Position numbers and translations under genes: made by a program
Shown here: piece by piece, positions 19,138 through 29,644 of the stretch
Layout of the letters: each line of letters begins with the position of its first letter
How positions within the stretch are numbered: position 1 is the first letter of the stretch
From: Dehalococcoidia bacterium
GTDB taxonomy: Bacteria; Chloroflexota; Dehalococcoidia; DSTF01; JALHUB01
DNA length: 64,000 nt
Assembly (NCBI GenBank): GCA_030018455.1
Contig: JASEFU010000002.1
Span: forward strand, 269,480 to 333,479
Direction: 5' to 3'
Notes under the pieces: model-generated
Database searches by the model: none
Seen by the model: the letters and a program-made list of their open reading frames with translations, nothing else
What the model was told of the DNA's origin: nothing

Positions 19138-20958
19138 TTGAACGTGCGCTACAAGACACATTATTGCGGCGACCTGACCGCCGCCAACGCTGGCGAAGAG
19201 GTCCTCCTCGCCGGATGGGTGAACCGACGCCGCGACCACGGTCGCCTCATCTTCATCGACCTGCGCGATAGCCGCGGCCTCGTCCAGGTCGTCTTCAACC
19301 CGTCCGTCGCCCCCGAGGCCCACGCCGTCGCGGAGCAGGTGCGGCCGGAGTACGTGCTGCAGGTGAAGGGCGTTGTCGCCGCGCGCCGGCCCGGCACCGA
19401 GAACCGCTCCCTCCCCACGGGCGAGATCGAGGTCCAGGCGGGCGAGGCGACAATCCTTAACCCCTCGAAGACGCCGCCCTTCTACATCAGCGAGGACAGC
19501 GAGGTCGAAGATGTCCTCCGCCTCCGCTACCGCTACCTCGACCTGCGCCGAGCGAAAATGCAGGAGCGCGTCCAGACGCGGTACCGCGTCATTAAGTACA
19601 TGCGCGACTTCTTCTTCGCGAAGGGGTTCATCGAGGTCGAGACGCCGATACTCGCCAACCCGACGCCCGAGGGCGCGCGCGATTACCTCGTCCCCAGCCG
19701 CGTGAGCAAAGGCTCGTTCTACGCCCTGCCGCAGTCGCCGCAGCAGTTCAAGCAGTTGCTGATGGTCGCGGGCTACGAGCGCTACTTCCAGATCGCCCGC
19801 TGCTTCCGCGACGAAGACCTGCGCGCCGACCGCCAGCCCGAGTTCACGCAGCTCGACTTGGAGATGAGTTTCGTCTCAAGCGACGACGTACTCGACATCA
19901 TGGAAGAGCTGTACATTGGGCTGTCCGAGGCCATCCGGCCCGACATGAAGGTGCGCAAGCCCTTCGCGCGCCTCACCTACGACGAGGCGATGCGCCGCTT
20001 CGGCACCGACAAGCCCGACCTGCGCTTCGAGATGGAGCTGGTCGACGTCAGCGACCTCGCGCCAACGTGCGACTTCGCGGTCTTTCGCGACGTGCTTGCG
20101 GCCGGCGGCCAGGTGCGCGGCTTCGCCCTTCCCGGGGGCGCCGCGCTCACCCGCCGCGACATAGACAGTCTCACCCGCTTCGTCGAGGAGCAGGGAGGGA
20201 AAGGGTTGATATCCGTCGGCCTGCTCGGCGAGGGCGGCATCGACACCCTCGGCGAAGAGGACATCCGCTCGCCCATGCACCGCTACCTGAGCATGGAGCT
20301 GATAAAGGGCATGGCGCAGCGCACGGGCGCGAAACGGGGCGACCTGCTCATCATCGTCGCCGACCAGCCGGCGATCGCCAGCGCCGCGCTCGACGCCCTG
20401 CGCCGCGAAACGGCCCAGCGGCTCGGCCTCATCGATCCAGGTGTCCTCGCCTGGTGCGCTATTACCGACTTCCCTCTCCTTACCTGGGACGAGGAAGAGA
20501 AGCGCTGGTACGCCGTCCATCATCCTTTCACGGCGCCGCACCCCGAGGATATCCCCTTGCTGGAGTCGGATCCGGGGCGGGCGCGCGCCCAGCAGTACGA
20601 TATCGTCTGCAACGGCTGGGAAATGGCCGGCGGCAGCATCCGTATTCATCAGAGGGACGTGCAGACGCAAATGTTCAAGCTCATGGGCATTGGCGAGGAG
20701 GAGGCGAAACGCAAGTTCGGCCACCTGCTGGAGGCGTTCGAGTACGGCGCGCCGCCCCACGGCGGCATCGCTGCCGGCCTCGACCGCAACGTCGCCGTCC
20801 TCCTTGGGCTGGATGACATCCGCGAGGTGATCGCCTTCCCCAAGACGAAGACCGCCTCCGACCCGATGACGGGCGCGCCTTCGCCCGTCCCTGAAGAGCA
20901 ACTGGAAGAGCTGGGCCTCGCTTTGCGAAAGCCCGCTACTGTTGCCGATGAAGGATAG
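19138..20958 (+). CDS. aspS: Aspartate--tRNA ligase
   Basis: KTHYCG, GWVNRRRDHG, TPEGARDYLVPSR, RCFRDEDLRADRQPEFTQLD and GAPPHGG motifs. Start is TTG 19138 or GTG 19144. Confidence 0.97.
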   Translation: MNVRYKTHYCGDLTAANAGEEVLLAGWVNRRRDHGRLIFIDLRDSRGLVQVVFNPSVAPEAHAVAEQVRPEYVLQVKGVVAARRPGTENRSLPTGEIEVQAGEATILNPSKTPPFYISEDSEVEDVLRLRYRYLDLRRAKMQERVQTRYRVIKYMRDFFFAKGFIEVETPILANPTPEGARDYLVPSRVSKGSFYALPQSPQQFKQLLMVAGYERYFQIARCFRDEDLRADRQPEFTQLDLEMSFVSSDDVLDIMEELYIGLSEAIRPDMKVRKPFARLTYDEAMRRFGTDKPDLRFEMELVDVSDLAPTCDFAVFRDVLAAGGQVRGFALPGGAALTRRDIDSLTRFVEEQGGKGLISVGLLGEGGIDTLGEEDIRSPMHRYLSMELIKGMAQRTGAKRGDLLIIVADQPAIASAALDALRRETAQRLGLIDPGVLAWCAITDFPLLTWDEEEKRWYAVHHPFTAPHPEDIPLLESDPGRARAQQYDIVCNGWEMAGGSIRIHQRDVQTQMFKLMGIGEEEAKRKFGHLLEAFEYGAPPHGGIAAGLDRNVAVLLGLDDIREVIAFPKTKTASDPMTGAPSPVPEEQLEELGLALRKPATVADEG

Positions 20959-21054
20959 ACCGATACTCTTGTGAAGCTGAAGACGCGGGCGCCGGGCGGC
21001 CTTGGCGAATGGCCTGTGCCGTCATGCTCGCGTTACGTGAGGAGACGTGGGGTC

Positions 21055-22710
21055 ATGATCAGGTTGCTTCAGGCGACGAGAGGCATAGTCCTGTCGCTGC
21101 TGGTTGTCTTCGGCAGCACCGGCATTTTCATTTTCAACCAGGGGTGCAGCAGCGACGGCAACGGTGAGCCCATCGAGCAGAATGGGGAAAGCGCGGACGG
21201 CGGGTCGACGTCAGCGGACGGGACCTTGCGGGTGCCCGGCGGCGATCCCGTAACCCTCGATCCCGCGCTCGCCGGTGACGCGATATCCGCCACCTACGTC
21301 GTCGAGCTTTTCGGCGGCCTCGTCACCATCGACAAAGACCTGAACGTCGTCGGCGATATCGCCGAATCGTGGGAAATAAGCCCCGACGGCAGGGTCTATA
21401 CCTTCCATCTCCGCGACAACGTTGTCTTCCACTACAGCAACCGCCTGGTTACAGCTGAGGACTTCAAGTACTCGATGGAAAGGGCGGCCGACCCCCAGAC
21501 AGCGTCGATCGTGGCCGAGGCCTACCTGGGCGATATCGTCGGCGCGCGGGATATGATCCGGGGCCGCGCCGACGAGATCAGCGGCATCAAGGTGGTCGAC
21601 GACTTCACGCTGGAGATAACAATCGACGAGCCCAAGCCGTACTTCCTCGCCAAGCTCACCTACCCAACCGCATTCGTCGTCGACAAAGACCAGATCGAGA
21701 GCAACCCCCGCAACTGGCTGCGGAAGCCGCACGGAACAGGCCCCTACAAGCTCAAGGAGTGGCGCCTCGGCGAAAGCATCTTGCTCGAGGCCAACGACCG
21801 CTACCACCTCGGCGCTCCGTCCGTGAAGACGGTCGAGTTCCTGCTGTCGGGCGGCTCGATCCTCACCATGTACCAGAACAACGAGCTTGACGTCGCCGGC
21901 GTGTCGATAAACGACATCGAGAGGGTGCAGGACCCGAACGACCCCCTGAGCGACGAGTACGTGAGCGCCGATGAGTTGTCGATTTCTTATCTCGGCTTCA
22001 ACACGCAGAAACCCCCGTTCGATGACGCAAATGTGCGCCGCGCCTTCGGCATGGCGATCGATCGGGAGAAGATCGCTGAAGTCCTCCTCATGGACATGTT
22101 GCCCGTCGCCCACAGCATCATGCCGCCCGGACTGCCGGGCTACAACCCCGACGCGCGCGGCCCGACCTACGACCCCGAGCAGGCAAGACAATTGCTCGCC
22201 GAGTCGAAGTACGGTGGGCCGGGTGGGCTGCCCAAGGTCACGATCACCGAGATCGGCGGCGGCGCCACCGCAGGCTCGGACACGCAGGCGATGATCGAAA
22301 TGTGGAAGGACAATCTGGGCGTGGAGGTCGAGATCGAGCAGACGGAGGAGGCCACCTTCTGGCAGGACCTGGACAAGGGCCAGTACCAGATGTTCACCGC
22401 CGGCTGGATCATGGACTACCCCGACCCGGAGGACATACTCGATATCCTCTTCTACAGCAAGAGCCGCCAGAACAACACCCGCTACAGCAACGCCGAAGTC
22501 GATGCGCTCCTGCTGCAGGCGCGCACGGAGCAGGACGTGGCGGCGCGGATGGCCCTTTATCAGCAGGCGGAACAGATCATCCTTGACGAGGCGCCATGGA
22601 TACCGCTCTACTACGGGCGCGACCACGTGGTCGTGAAGCCGTACGTGAAGAACTATCTCCTGCCGCCGATGGTCATTCCGAAGCTGCGTTACGTGACACT
22701 CGAACAGTAG
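21055..22710 (+). CDS. Peptide/nickel ABC transporter substrate-binding protein (family 5)
   Basis: TLDPA, AESWEISPDGRVYTFHLR, GTGPYKL and GWIMDYPDP motifs. Confidence 0.93.
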   Translation: MIRLLQATRGIVLSLLVVFGSTGIFIFNQGCSSDGNGEPIEQNGESADGGSTSADGTLRVPGGDPVTLDPALAGDAISATYVVELFGGLVTIDKDLNVVGDIAESWEISPDGRVYTFHLRDNVVFHYSNRLVTAEDFKYSMERAADPQTASIVAEAYLGDIVGARDMIRGRADEISGIKVVDDFTLEITIDEPKPYFLAKLTYPTAFVVDKDQIESNPRNWLRKPHGTGPYKLKEWRLGESILLEANDRYHLGAPSVKTVEFLLSGGSILTMYQNNELDVAGVSINDIERVQDPNDPLSDEYVSADELSISYLGFNTQKPPFDDANVRRAFGMAIDREKIAEVLLMDMLPVAHSIMPPGLPGYNPDARGPTYDPEQARQLLAESKYGGPGGLPKVTITEIGGGATAGSDTQAMIEMWKDNLGVEVEIEQTEEATFWQDLDKGQYQMFTAGWIMDYPDPEDILDILFYSKSRQNNTRYSNAEVDALLLQARTEQDVAARMALYQQAEQIILDEAPWIPLYYGRDHVVVKPYVKNYLLPPMVIPKLRYVTLEQ

Positions 22711-22734
22711 GGCGTTCGCACGGGGCGCAACGCC
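22707..22734 (+). repeat. GTAG-type REP-like hairpin
   Basis: GTAG followed by GGCGTTCGC-ACGGG-GCGCAACGCC; overlaps the upstream stop codon. Confidence 0.35.
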
Positions 22735-22956
22735 TTTCGAGCGGCGCTTGCCGGACAGGCCGAAAGCGTGGGCGCAACGAGTCAACGACATCGAGCACGA
22801 CGGGCGCTCCTCGGTTGAGCAGGAGTGCGCCCCGGGCGAAAGAGGCGGGCGCCCCTGATGCCGCGCTTTTCAGGGCGCGGTGTGGCAAACAATCTCGCCC
22901 GCCCGAGAGCAGCTCGCGGCAGGTCTGACCATGGAGACTCGGAACGCAGTCTAGAA

Positions 22957-23955
22957 ATGCAAGGCCTCCTCCCCTACGTAGTGCGACGGCTCGCCTGGGC
23001 GCCGGTCATTCTCCTTGCGGTATCGTTTATCACTTTCGCCATCATCCGGCTCGGCCCCGGCGATCCCGTCAGCGTGGCCCAGGGGCAGTACCGCGACCCC
23101 GAGGTGCTGGAGCGCATCCGCCACACGAAGGGGCTCGACAAGCCCTTCCTTGAGCAGTACGGCATCTACCTGAAGAACGTGCTGCACGGAGACCTGGGGG
23201 AAAGCTTCCGCTACCCTACGATGACTGTGCCCGAGATCATCTTCCGCAAGATGTGGGTCTCGGCGCAGATCGGCATCGTGGCGCTGGCCGTGATCTTCGG
23301 GGTGGGCATTCCTATCGGCATCTACGCCGCCGTGAAGCAGGGCACCTGGGCCGACCCCTTCTCCATCAGCGTCTTCCTCTTCTTCCAGTCGATACCGGTC
23401 CTTGTTACCGTGCCGGTCATGCTTCTCGTGTTCGTGCTCAAACTGCACTGGCTGCCCACCGGAGGTTGGGCGTGCCCCGTCGACCTCGGCTTCCTCCCGG
23501 AGCCTGTGAACTGCATCGGCGTCTTCGACAAACGGATCATTATGCCCGTCCTCGCCCTATCGCTGCCCGGAGTCGCCGGTGTCGCCCGCCTAACGCGCGC
23601 AACGACGCTCAGCGTGCTCGGCGAGGAGTACGTGCGGACGGCGCGCGCGAAGGGGCTTCGGGAGTTTACTGTGATGAGCCGGCACGTGGCCCGAAACGCC
23701 CTCCTGCCGCTCGTGACCGTCATCGGGCTGTCGCTGGCGGCGCTGCTTGAAGGCGCGTTCTTCACCGAGACGCTGCTGGGCATCCCCGGCATCGGGCGCC
23801 TCGCCTTTGAGTCGGTGGGAGAGCGTGACTACGACGTGATAATGGCCATGACCATGGTCTTGGCGACGGCGTTTATAGTCGCCAACATCGTCATCGATAT
23901 CGTTTACACGTTCATCGACCCGCGTATCCGCTATGAGCGACAGAGAGCTGGATAG
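22957..23955 (+). CDS. Peptide ABC transporter permease (OppB/DppB-like)
   Basis: PGDP, GDLGESF, EEYVRTARAKGL (EAA loop) and DPRIRY motifs. Confidence 0.94.
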   Translation: MQGLLPYVVRRLAWAPVILLAVSFITFAIIRLGPGDPVSVAQGQYRDPEVLERIRHTKGLDKPFLEQYGIYLKNVLHGDLGESFRYPTMTVPEIIFRKMWVSAQIGIVALAVIFGVGIPIGIYAAVKQGTWADPFSISVFLFFQSIPVLVTVPVMLLVFVLKLHWLPTGGWACPVDLGFLPEPVNCIGVFDKRIIMPVLALSLPGVAGVARLTRATTLSVLGEEYVRTARAKGLREFTVMSRHVARNALLPLVTVIGLSLAALLEGAFFTETLLGIPGIGRLAFESVGERDYDVIMAMTMVLATAFIVANIVIDIVYTFIDPRIRYERQRAG

Positions 23956-24922
23956 CACCGTCGAAATTGTCGCGGAAGAGCCGCAAGACGAAGCGTTAGT
24001 GCCGACTCGCGCGCGGGGGCCGCTTGCCATCGCCCTGCGCCGTCTCCTGCGCAAGAAGATAGCGGTAGCGGCGATTGTCTTCATCGCCGTCTTCTACTTC
24101 TGCGGCATCTTCGCCCCCTGGGTGGCGCCGCACAGCTTCACCGACCAGGACCTCGACCACGCGCGCGAGGGCCCTTCCATCGAACACCCCCTGGGCACCG
24201 ACCGTCACGGCCGCGACATGCTGAGCCGCGTCATCTGGGCCTCTCGCACCACCGTCATCGTCACCGTTGCCACGCTGATCACGGGCGGCATCGTCCTCGC
24301 TGTGGGGCTCGGCCTGCTTGCCGGGTACGCCGGCGGCAAGGTCGACATGTTCATCATGCGGCTGGGCGACGTGTTCTGGGCGCTTCCCGGCCTGGCAATG
24401 CTGATAATGATTAACGCTGCTCTTGGTTCGCGCATTCGGTCGATCGGCTGGCTGGAGAACATTGAGGACGCGCTGAGGATCGACGGTTTCCCCGACTACG
24501 TCGTCGTGTTCGGGGCGCTTTCGCTGTTCTCGTGGGTGGGCGGCGCGCGGGTCATCCGGTCGCAGGTGCTGGCGCTGCGGGAGACGGATTACGTGCAGGC
24601 GGCGCGAGCGATGGGCGCGTCGACGGCGCGGGTCATCGTGAGCCACCTCCTGCCGAACGTGAGCAACATCGTTATCGTGAGTCTCTCTGCCTCCCTGGGG
24701 GCGATCGCGGGCACGGAGATCGCTCTTACCTGGTTCGGGGTCGGAGTCCAGCCGCCGACGCCGTCGTTCGGCGCCATGCTGTACGAGGGCGGCTCGATCC
24801 GCACCCTCCAGGCCGACCCGCACCTGCTGCTCGTGCCCGGCGCGGTGGTGGCGATGCTGATCTTCTCCTTCAACCTCCTGGGCGATGCCCTCATGGATGT
24901 CCTCACGCCGCACGCCCGCTGA
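23933..24922 (+). CDS. Peptide ABC transporter permease (OppC/DppC-like)
   Basis: HPLGTDRHGRDMLSR, DYVQAARAMGAS, HLLPN and FNLLGDAL motifs. Confidence 0.94.
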   Translation: MSDRELDSTVEIVAEEPQDEALVPTRARGPLAIALRRLLRKKIAVAAIVFIAVFYFCGIFAPWVAPHSFTDQDLDHAREGPSIEHPLGTDRHGRDMLSRVIWASRTTVIVTVATLITGGIVLAVGLGLLAGYAGGKVDMFIMRLGDVFWALPGLAMLIMINAALGSRIRSIGWLENIEDALRIDGFPDYVVVFGALSLFSWVGGARVIRSQVLALRETDYVQAARAMGASTARVIVSHLLPNVSNIVIVSLSASLGAIAGTEIALTWFGVGVQPPTPSFGAMLYEGGSIRTLQADPHLLLVPGAVVAMLIFSFNLLGDALMDVLTPHAR

Positions 24923-25037
24923 GGCCGGGGCCTTTGGCGCCGCGTTTTGGGGCGTGTCCTGTTATCCCGGAGCAATACTCTTTCCGCCCTTGAAACCCGC
25001 ATGTTATAATAGAATCAATCCAAGGAGTCTTCATCGC

Positions 25038-26357
25038 GTGAAGGTTTCCGCCGAGAGAATCCCCCAGAGCCAGGTTGTCCTTCAGATTGAAGTTGAGCCG
25101 GAGCGAGTCGAGAAATCGCTCGACGCCGCGTACCGGCGTCTTGTGCAGCGCGCCAGCGTCCCCGGCTTTCGCAAGGGGAAGGCGCCGCGCGCCATGCTGG
25201 AGCGGCACCTGGGGCGGGACGTACTTCTGCAGGAGGCCCTCGACCGACTGATCCCGGAGGTATACCGCGAGGCGGTGGAAGCGGAGGAGATCGAGCCCAT
25301 AGAGCTGCCGGAACTCGAGATGGTGAGCACTGAGCCGCTGGTAATGAAAGCTACCGTTCCCATCCGTCCCACCATCGAGCTGGGCGACTACCGCAGCCTG
25401 CGCGTGCCGCGCGAGCCGGTCGTCGTGCCGGAGGAGCGGATCGATGAGGCCCTCGAAGGGCTGCGACACCGTTACGCGAACTTGGAGCCGGTGGAACGGC
25501 CCGTCCGGTGGGGCGATTTCATCCGCATCGACGCGTCGATAAGCGTGGGCAATCGCCGCATCATCGAACAGAAGGATGTCGAGTTCCCGTTGCGGGAAGG
25601 CGCATCGGTCTATCTGCCGGGGTTCGCCGACAGGCTTGTCGGGCTCGAAAAGGGGCAGGAGAGCGAGTTCGTTCTGCCTGTCGCCGAGGACTACGGCGAC
25701 GCGGGGCTGGCGGGAAAGGAGTGCGCCTGTCGGGTCGTGGTGCACGAGGTGAAAGAGGAGAAGCTGCCGCCTCTCGACGACAGCTTCGCCCGCCAGGTCG
25801 GCGAAGGCTTCGCGAGCCTCGACGCGCTGCGCGAACGCCTCGCGGCCGACATCCGCGAAGCGGAGGAGCAGGCGGCGATGGACCGCTACCGGGCGGAGGT
25901 AATCTCGGTCCTCGAGAAGAACGCCCGCCTCGAGTACCCGCCGGTGCTGGTCGAAAAGGAAGTCGACCGGATGCTGCGGGAGCAGGCTGGGCCGCGCGGC
26001 GACGGCGACCTGGAGCGCTACCTGCAGCGGGCCGGCAAGTCGGAGGAGCAGCTCCGCGAGGAGATGCGCCCCCTCGCCGAGCAGCGTTTGCGACGGTCGC
26101 TACTGTTGTCCAAAGTCGCGGAAGTCGAGAATATAGAGGTTGACGAAAGCGAGGTGGGACAGGAGATCGAGCGGATGGCTTCCAGTGCGGGGCCTCAGGC
26201 GGACGAGATCCGGCGCCTGTTCGATAACCCCGGCGGCCGGGAGGCCATTCAAGGATCGCTGTTCACCCGCAAGACGTGGGACAGACTGATAGAGATCGTA
26301 TCCGGCGCGGAGCCGGCCGAGGGGGACGAGGAGACCGGAGCGGAGGAGGAAGAATAG
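25038..26357 (+). CDS. tig: Trigger factor
   Basis: VPGFRKGKAP ribosome-binding motif; precedes clpP-clpX; extended -10 TGTTATAAT at 25002-25010. Confidence 0.96.
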   Translation: MKVSAERIPQSQVVLQIEVEPERVEKSLDAAYRRLVQRASVPGFRKGKAPRAMLERHLGRDVLLQEALDRLIPEVYREAVEAEEIEPIELPELEMVSTEPLVMKATVPIRPTIELGDYRSLRVPREPVVVPEERIDEALEGLRHRYANLEPVERPVRWGDFIRIDASISVGNRRIIEQKDVEFPLREGASVYLPGFADRLVGLEKGQESEFVLPVAEDYGDAGLAGKECACRVVVHEVKEEKLPPLDDSFARQVGEGFASLDALRERLAADIREAEEQAAMDRYRAEVISVLEKNARLEYPPVLVEKEVDRMLREQAGPRGDGDLERYLQRAGKSEEQLREEMRPLAEQRLRRSLLLSKVAEVENIEVDESEVGQEIERMASSAGPQADEIRRLFDNPGGREAIQGSLFTRKTWDRLIEIVSGAEPAEGDEETGAEEEE

Positions 26358-26428
26358 CCCTGTAACGGCGGCTCTCCGCAATCGTTTTGTTAGAGGGCTG
26401 CGTCGACAGGTGGAGTGGGGAGCAAACC

Positions 26429-27031
26429 ATGAGAACTGATCCAACTAGTCTTATACCGATGGTCATCGAGAGCGGCGCCCGCGGCGAGCGCGCCTTCGAC
26501 ATCTACTCGCTGCTGTTGAAGGAACGCATCATCTTCCTGGGCACGCCGATCGATGACCAGATAGCCAACCTTATAATCGCGCAGCTCCTGTACCTGGAAC
26601 GGGAAGACCCGGACAGAGACATTAGCATGTACATACACTCACCGGGCGGCATCGTTCCCGCGGGCCTGGCGATCTACGACACCATGCAGCTTGTCCGGCC
26701 GGACGTGTCGACCATCTGCGTTGGAATGTCGGCGAGCTTCGCCACCGTACTGCTGGCGGCGGGCACCGCGGGCAAGCGCTACGCCCTGCCCAACGCCACA
26801 GTGCACATGCACCAGGCGGCGGGCGGCGTGCGCGGCCAGGCGGCCGACATCGAAATCCACGCCAAGGAGATACTGCGCGAGCAACAGATAATCCGTGATA
26901 TACTCTCGCGCCATACCGGCCAGCCGCCGGAACGGATCGCGCGAGATTCCGACCGTGACTTCTATATGGACGCCCAGCAGGCAAAAGAGTACGGGATCGT
27001 CGACGAGATCCTGGAAAAGCCGCCGGCTTAG
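26429..27031 (+). CDS. clpP: ATP-dependent Clp protease proteolytic subunit
   Basis: [28 protein letters not shown] and catalytic SAS/HQ/RD motifs. Confidence 0.98.
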   Translation: MRTDPTSLIPMVIESGARGERAFDIYSLLLKERIIFLGTPIDDQIANLIIAQLLYLEREDPDRDISMYIHSPGGIVPAGLAIYDTMQLVRPDVSTICVGMSASFATVLLAAGTAGKRYALPNATVHMHQAAGGVRGQAADIEIHAKEILREQQIIRDILSRHTGQPPERIARDSDRDFYMDAQQAKEYGIVDEILEKPPA

Positions 27032-27089
27032 GGTTTTGCTAATAGGGGATCACTGTTACACTAGCCCACTGTGTTGAGGGGAATGGACA

Positions 27090-28388
27090 ATGCCGAATAG
27101 TCGGGGCAGCCGAATACAATACCACTGCTCCTTCTGTGGAAAGAACCAGGACCAGGTAAAGAGACTTATTGCCGGGCCGGGCGCCGTATACATCTGCGAC
27201 GAGTGCGTCGAGCTGTGCCGCGAGATAATCGAGGAAGAGGCGGCGGGCCCCGTCAAGACGAAGGCGCGGGCGCAGCGCGTGCCGCCGCCCAAGTTCATCT
27301 ATGAACAGCTCGGCGAGTGGGTCATCGGCCAGGAGCAGGCGAAGAAAGTCCTTAGCGTCGCCGTCTACAATCACTACAAGCGCATCGGCGCCGGCCGCCA
27401 GGCGGGCGACGTTGAGCTGGAGAAGACGAACATACTCCTTGTCGGTCCCACCGGTACCGGCAAGACCCTGCTTGCGCGCACCCTTGCCCGCATACTCGAC
27501 GTGCCGTTCACCATCGCCGACGCCACCGCCCTTACCGAAGCCGGATACGTGGGCGAGGACGTGGAAAACATCCTCCTCCATCTCATCCAGGCGGCCGATT
27601 ACGACATCCAGAGGGCGGAGCGCGGCATCGTCTACATCGACGAGATCGACAAGATCGCCCGCAAGAGCGACAACCCATCGATCACGCGCGATGTCTCGGG
27701 CGAAGGCGTGCAGCAGGCGCTCCTCAAGATAATCGAGGGGACGGTGGCCAACGTGCCGCCGCAGGGAGGGCGCAAGCACCCGCATCAGGACTTCATCCAG
27801 ATAAACACGGCGAACATCCTGTTCATCTGCGGCGGCGCCTTCGAAGGGCTGGAGAAGATCGTCGACAGGCGTCTCGGCGCCAGCAGGCGGTCCATAGGCT
27901 TCGCAGCCGACTTCCGCAACCGCTCCGGACAGGACCTGACCGACGAGTTGCTGAAGCACACGACCCACGACGACCTGCTTCACTACGGTCTTATACCTGA
28001 GTTCGTCGGCCGGCTGCCTATGGTGGTGAGCCTCAGTTCCCTCGGCAAAGAGGAGCTGGTCAGGATACTGACGGAGCCCAAGAACGCCCTCATGAAGCAG
28101 TTCCAACGCTTCTTCGCCTTCGATGACGTGGAGCTTACGTTCACGGAGGAGGCGCTCGCGGCCTGCGCTGAGCAGGCGATCCGCCACCGGACAGGGGCGC
28201 GCGGCCTCCGCACAGTACTGGAGGACGTGCTGCTGGATGTGATGTACGAGATACCCTCGCGCGGCGACGTGCGGAAGTGCATCGTCAACGCCGAGACGAT
28301 ACAGGGGCACAAGAAGCCCCTGCTGATCACACAATCGGGCCAGACGATCGAGCCGCTGGAGGTGCCGCTCAGCGAAGAGTCCGCCTAG
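27090..28388 (+). CDS. clpX: ATP-dependent Clp protease ATP-binding subunit
   Basis: CSFCGK...ICDEC zinc finger, [16 protein letters not shown] and IGF loop. Confidence 0.98.
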   Translation: MPNSRGSRIQYHCSFCGKNQDQVKRLIAGPGAVYICDECVELCREIIEEEAAGPVKTKARAQRVPPPKFIYEQLGEWVIGQEQAKKVLSVAVYNHYKRIGAGRQAGDVELEKTNILLVGPTGTGKTLLARTLARILDVPFTIADATALTEAGYVGEDVENILLHLIQAADYDIQRAERGIVYIDEIDKIARKSDNPSITRDVSGEGVQQALLKIIEGTVANVPPQGGRKHPHQDFIQINTANILFICGGAFEGLEKIVDRRLGASRRSIGFAADFRNRSGQDLTDELLKHTTHDDLLHYGLIPEFVGRLPMVVSLSSLGKEELVRILTEPKNALMKQFQRFFAFDDVELTFTEEALAACAEQAIRHRTGARGLRTVLEDVLLDVMYEIPSRGDVRKCIVNAETIQGHKKPLLITQSGQTIEPLEVPLSEESA

Positions 28389-28404
28389 CGGGGGTGATCG
28401 CCCC

Positions 28405-28430
28405 GTAGGGTCGGGACTCTGTGCCCGACC
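28405..28430 (+). repeat. GTAG-type REP element
   Basis: GTAG-GGTCGGG-ACTCTGTG-CCCGACC: GTAG tetranucleotide 5' of a perfect 7-bp stem. Confidence 0.6.
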
Positions 28431-28442
28431 AGCACCGATGAC

Positions 28443-28480
28443 GAAAGAGAGGCCGGTCGTGTGGAACGGCCTCTCTCTTT
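28443..28480. terminator. Bidirectional terminator between clpX and the UbiA-family gene
   Basis: AAAGAGAGGCCG-loop-CGGCCTCTCTCTTT between convergent genes. Confidence 0.75.
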
Positions 28481-28507
28481 GTTCGGAACTCTCGGCCGGT
28501 GATCGGC

Positions 28508-29497
28508 CTACTCTCGCGCGACACCCAGTATCGCCGCCGATACAGCTACCCACAAAAGAATGTCCACGATAAGCGGCCAGTCCTTCAGGAGCACCTCTTC
28601 AGGGCTGCCGCCCTCGCCGCGCACGTGCACGAGATACAGGTAGCGGAAGATGCCGTAAAGCACGAACGGCGTGGTCAGCATCATCGAGTGGTTCTCGGGC
28701 AGGTTCTCCGCCGTGAACGTGTACAGCCCGTAGGCGACGAGCGTGGAGGCGGTCACGATGGACGCCATCTGGTCGAGAAGGTGCGGCGTGTACTCGTCGA
28801 GGATGGGACGGTGCTGGTTCGCGTCCTCCTTCAGCAGGGCAAGCTCCGCCCGCCGCTTGTTTATCGCTAGGAAGAGTGCCCCCAGCGCCGTCACGGCGTA
28901 CAGCCAGGGCGATATCGGCACGTCGATAACGAGCGCGCCTGCCATCGCCCGCAGGACGAAGCCCGCCGCGATCAGCATGAGGTCGAGCAGGACGACGTGC
29001 TTGAGATTGTACGAGTACGCGAAGGTCATCGCCGTGTAGCCGGTGACCACCGCGCCGACCTGCCACGAGAGCGCGAAGCTGCCCGCTATCCCGACGACGC
29101 CCAGCGCCAGCGCCGCCGTCGCCGCGGTCTGCACCGAGAGCTTGCCCGACGCTATCGGCCGCAAACGCTTCCGGGGGTGTAGCAGGTCGGTCTCACGGTC
29201 GCGGATGTCGTTGACGAGATACTCCGCGCTGCAGACGAGGCAGAAGAGGAGGAAGGTCGCCGTCGTCCTGCCGAGGAGCGGCAGCCAGGAGTTGACGTCG
29301 CTCAGGTGCCAGGCCTGCCCGACGGAGAACAGCATCGCCATGTAGACGAGAAGGTTCTTCGTCCACTGCCTGGGGCGCGTGGAGACGATGAGATAGCGGG
29401 CGAAGGAAAGGACGCCTCTTTCGGGTGCGGCGCTCAATTTCTGGGACGCCGCGAGGGAGGCCGTCGGTTCGGAGAGGACGTTTTCGCCGTCTGCCAT
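28508..29497 (-). CDS. Decaprenyl-phosphate phosphoribosyltransferase (UbiA family)
   Basis: RPRQWTKNL, YLVNDIRDRETDLLHPRKRLRPIASG, KRRAEL and GGSPEEVL motifs. Start trimmed to ATG 29497. Confidence 0.9.
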   Translation of the reverse strand: MADGENVLSEPTASLAASQKLSAAPERGVLSFARYLIVSTRPRQWTKNLLVYMAMLFSVGQAWHLSDVNSWLPLLGRTTATFLLFCLVCSAEYLVNDIRDRETDLLHPRKRLRPIASGKLSVQTAATAALALGVVGIAGSFALSWQVGAVVTGYTAMTFAYSYNLKHVVLLDLMLIAAGFVLRAMAGALVIDVPISPWLYAVTALGALFLAINKRRAELALLKEDANQHRPILDEYTPHLLDQMASIVTASTLVAYGLYTFTAENLPENHSMMLTTPFVLYGIFRYLYLVHVRGEGGSPEEVLLKDWPLIVDILLWVAVSAAILGVARE

Positions 29498-29644
29498 ACG
29501 CCGATGATAGATGCTCGCGCCGACCCCCGTCAATCGCAGCCCGATTCTTCGGACGCGTGCCGAAGCCGCGAACTTCCCGGTCGCCGTCGCAGCCGCGCAA
29601 CGCGCTTCCTTGACTTCTGTTATTCCTGTCACTATGCTCTTTTT

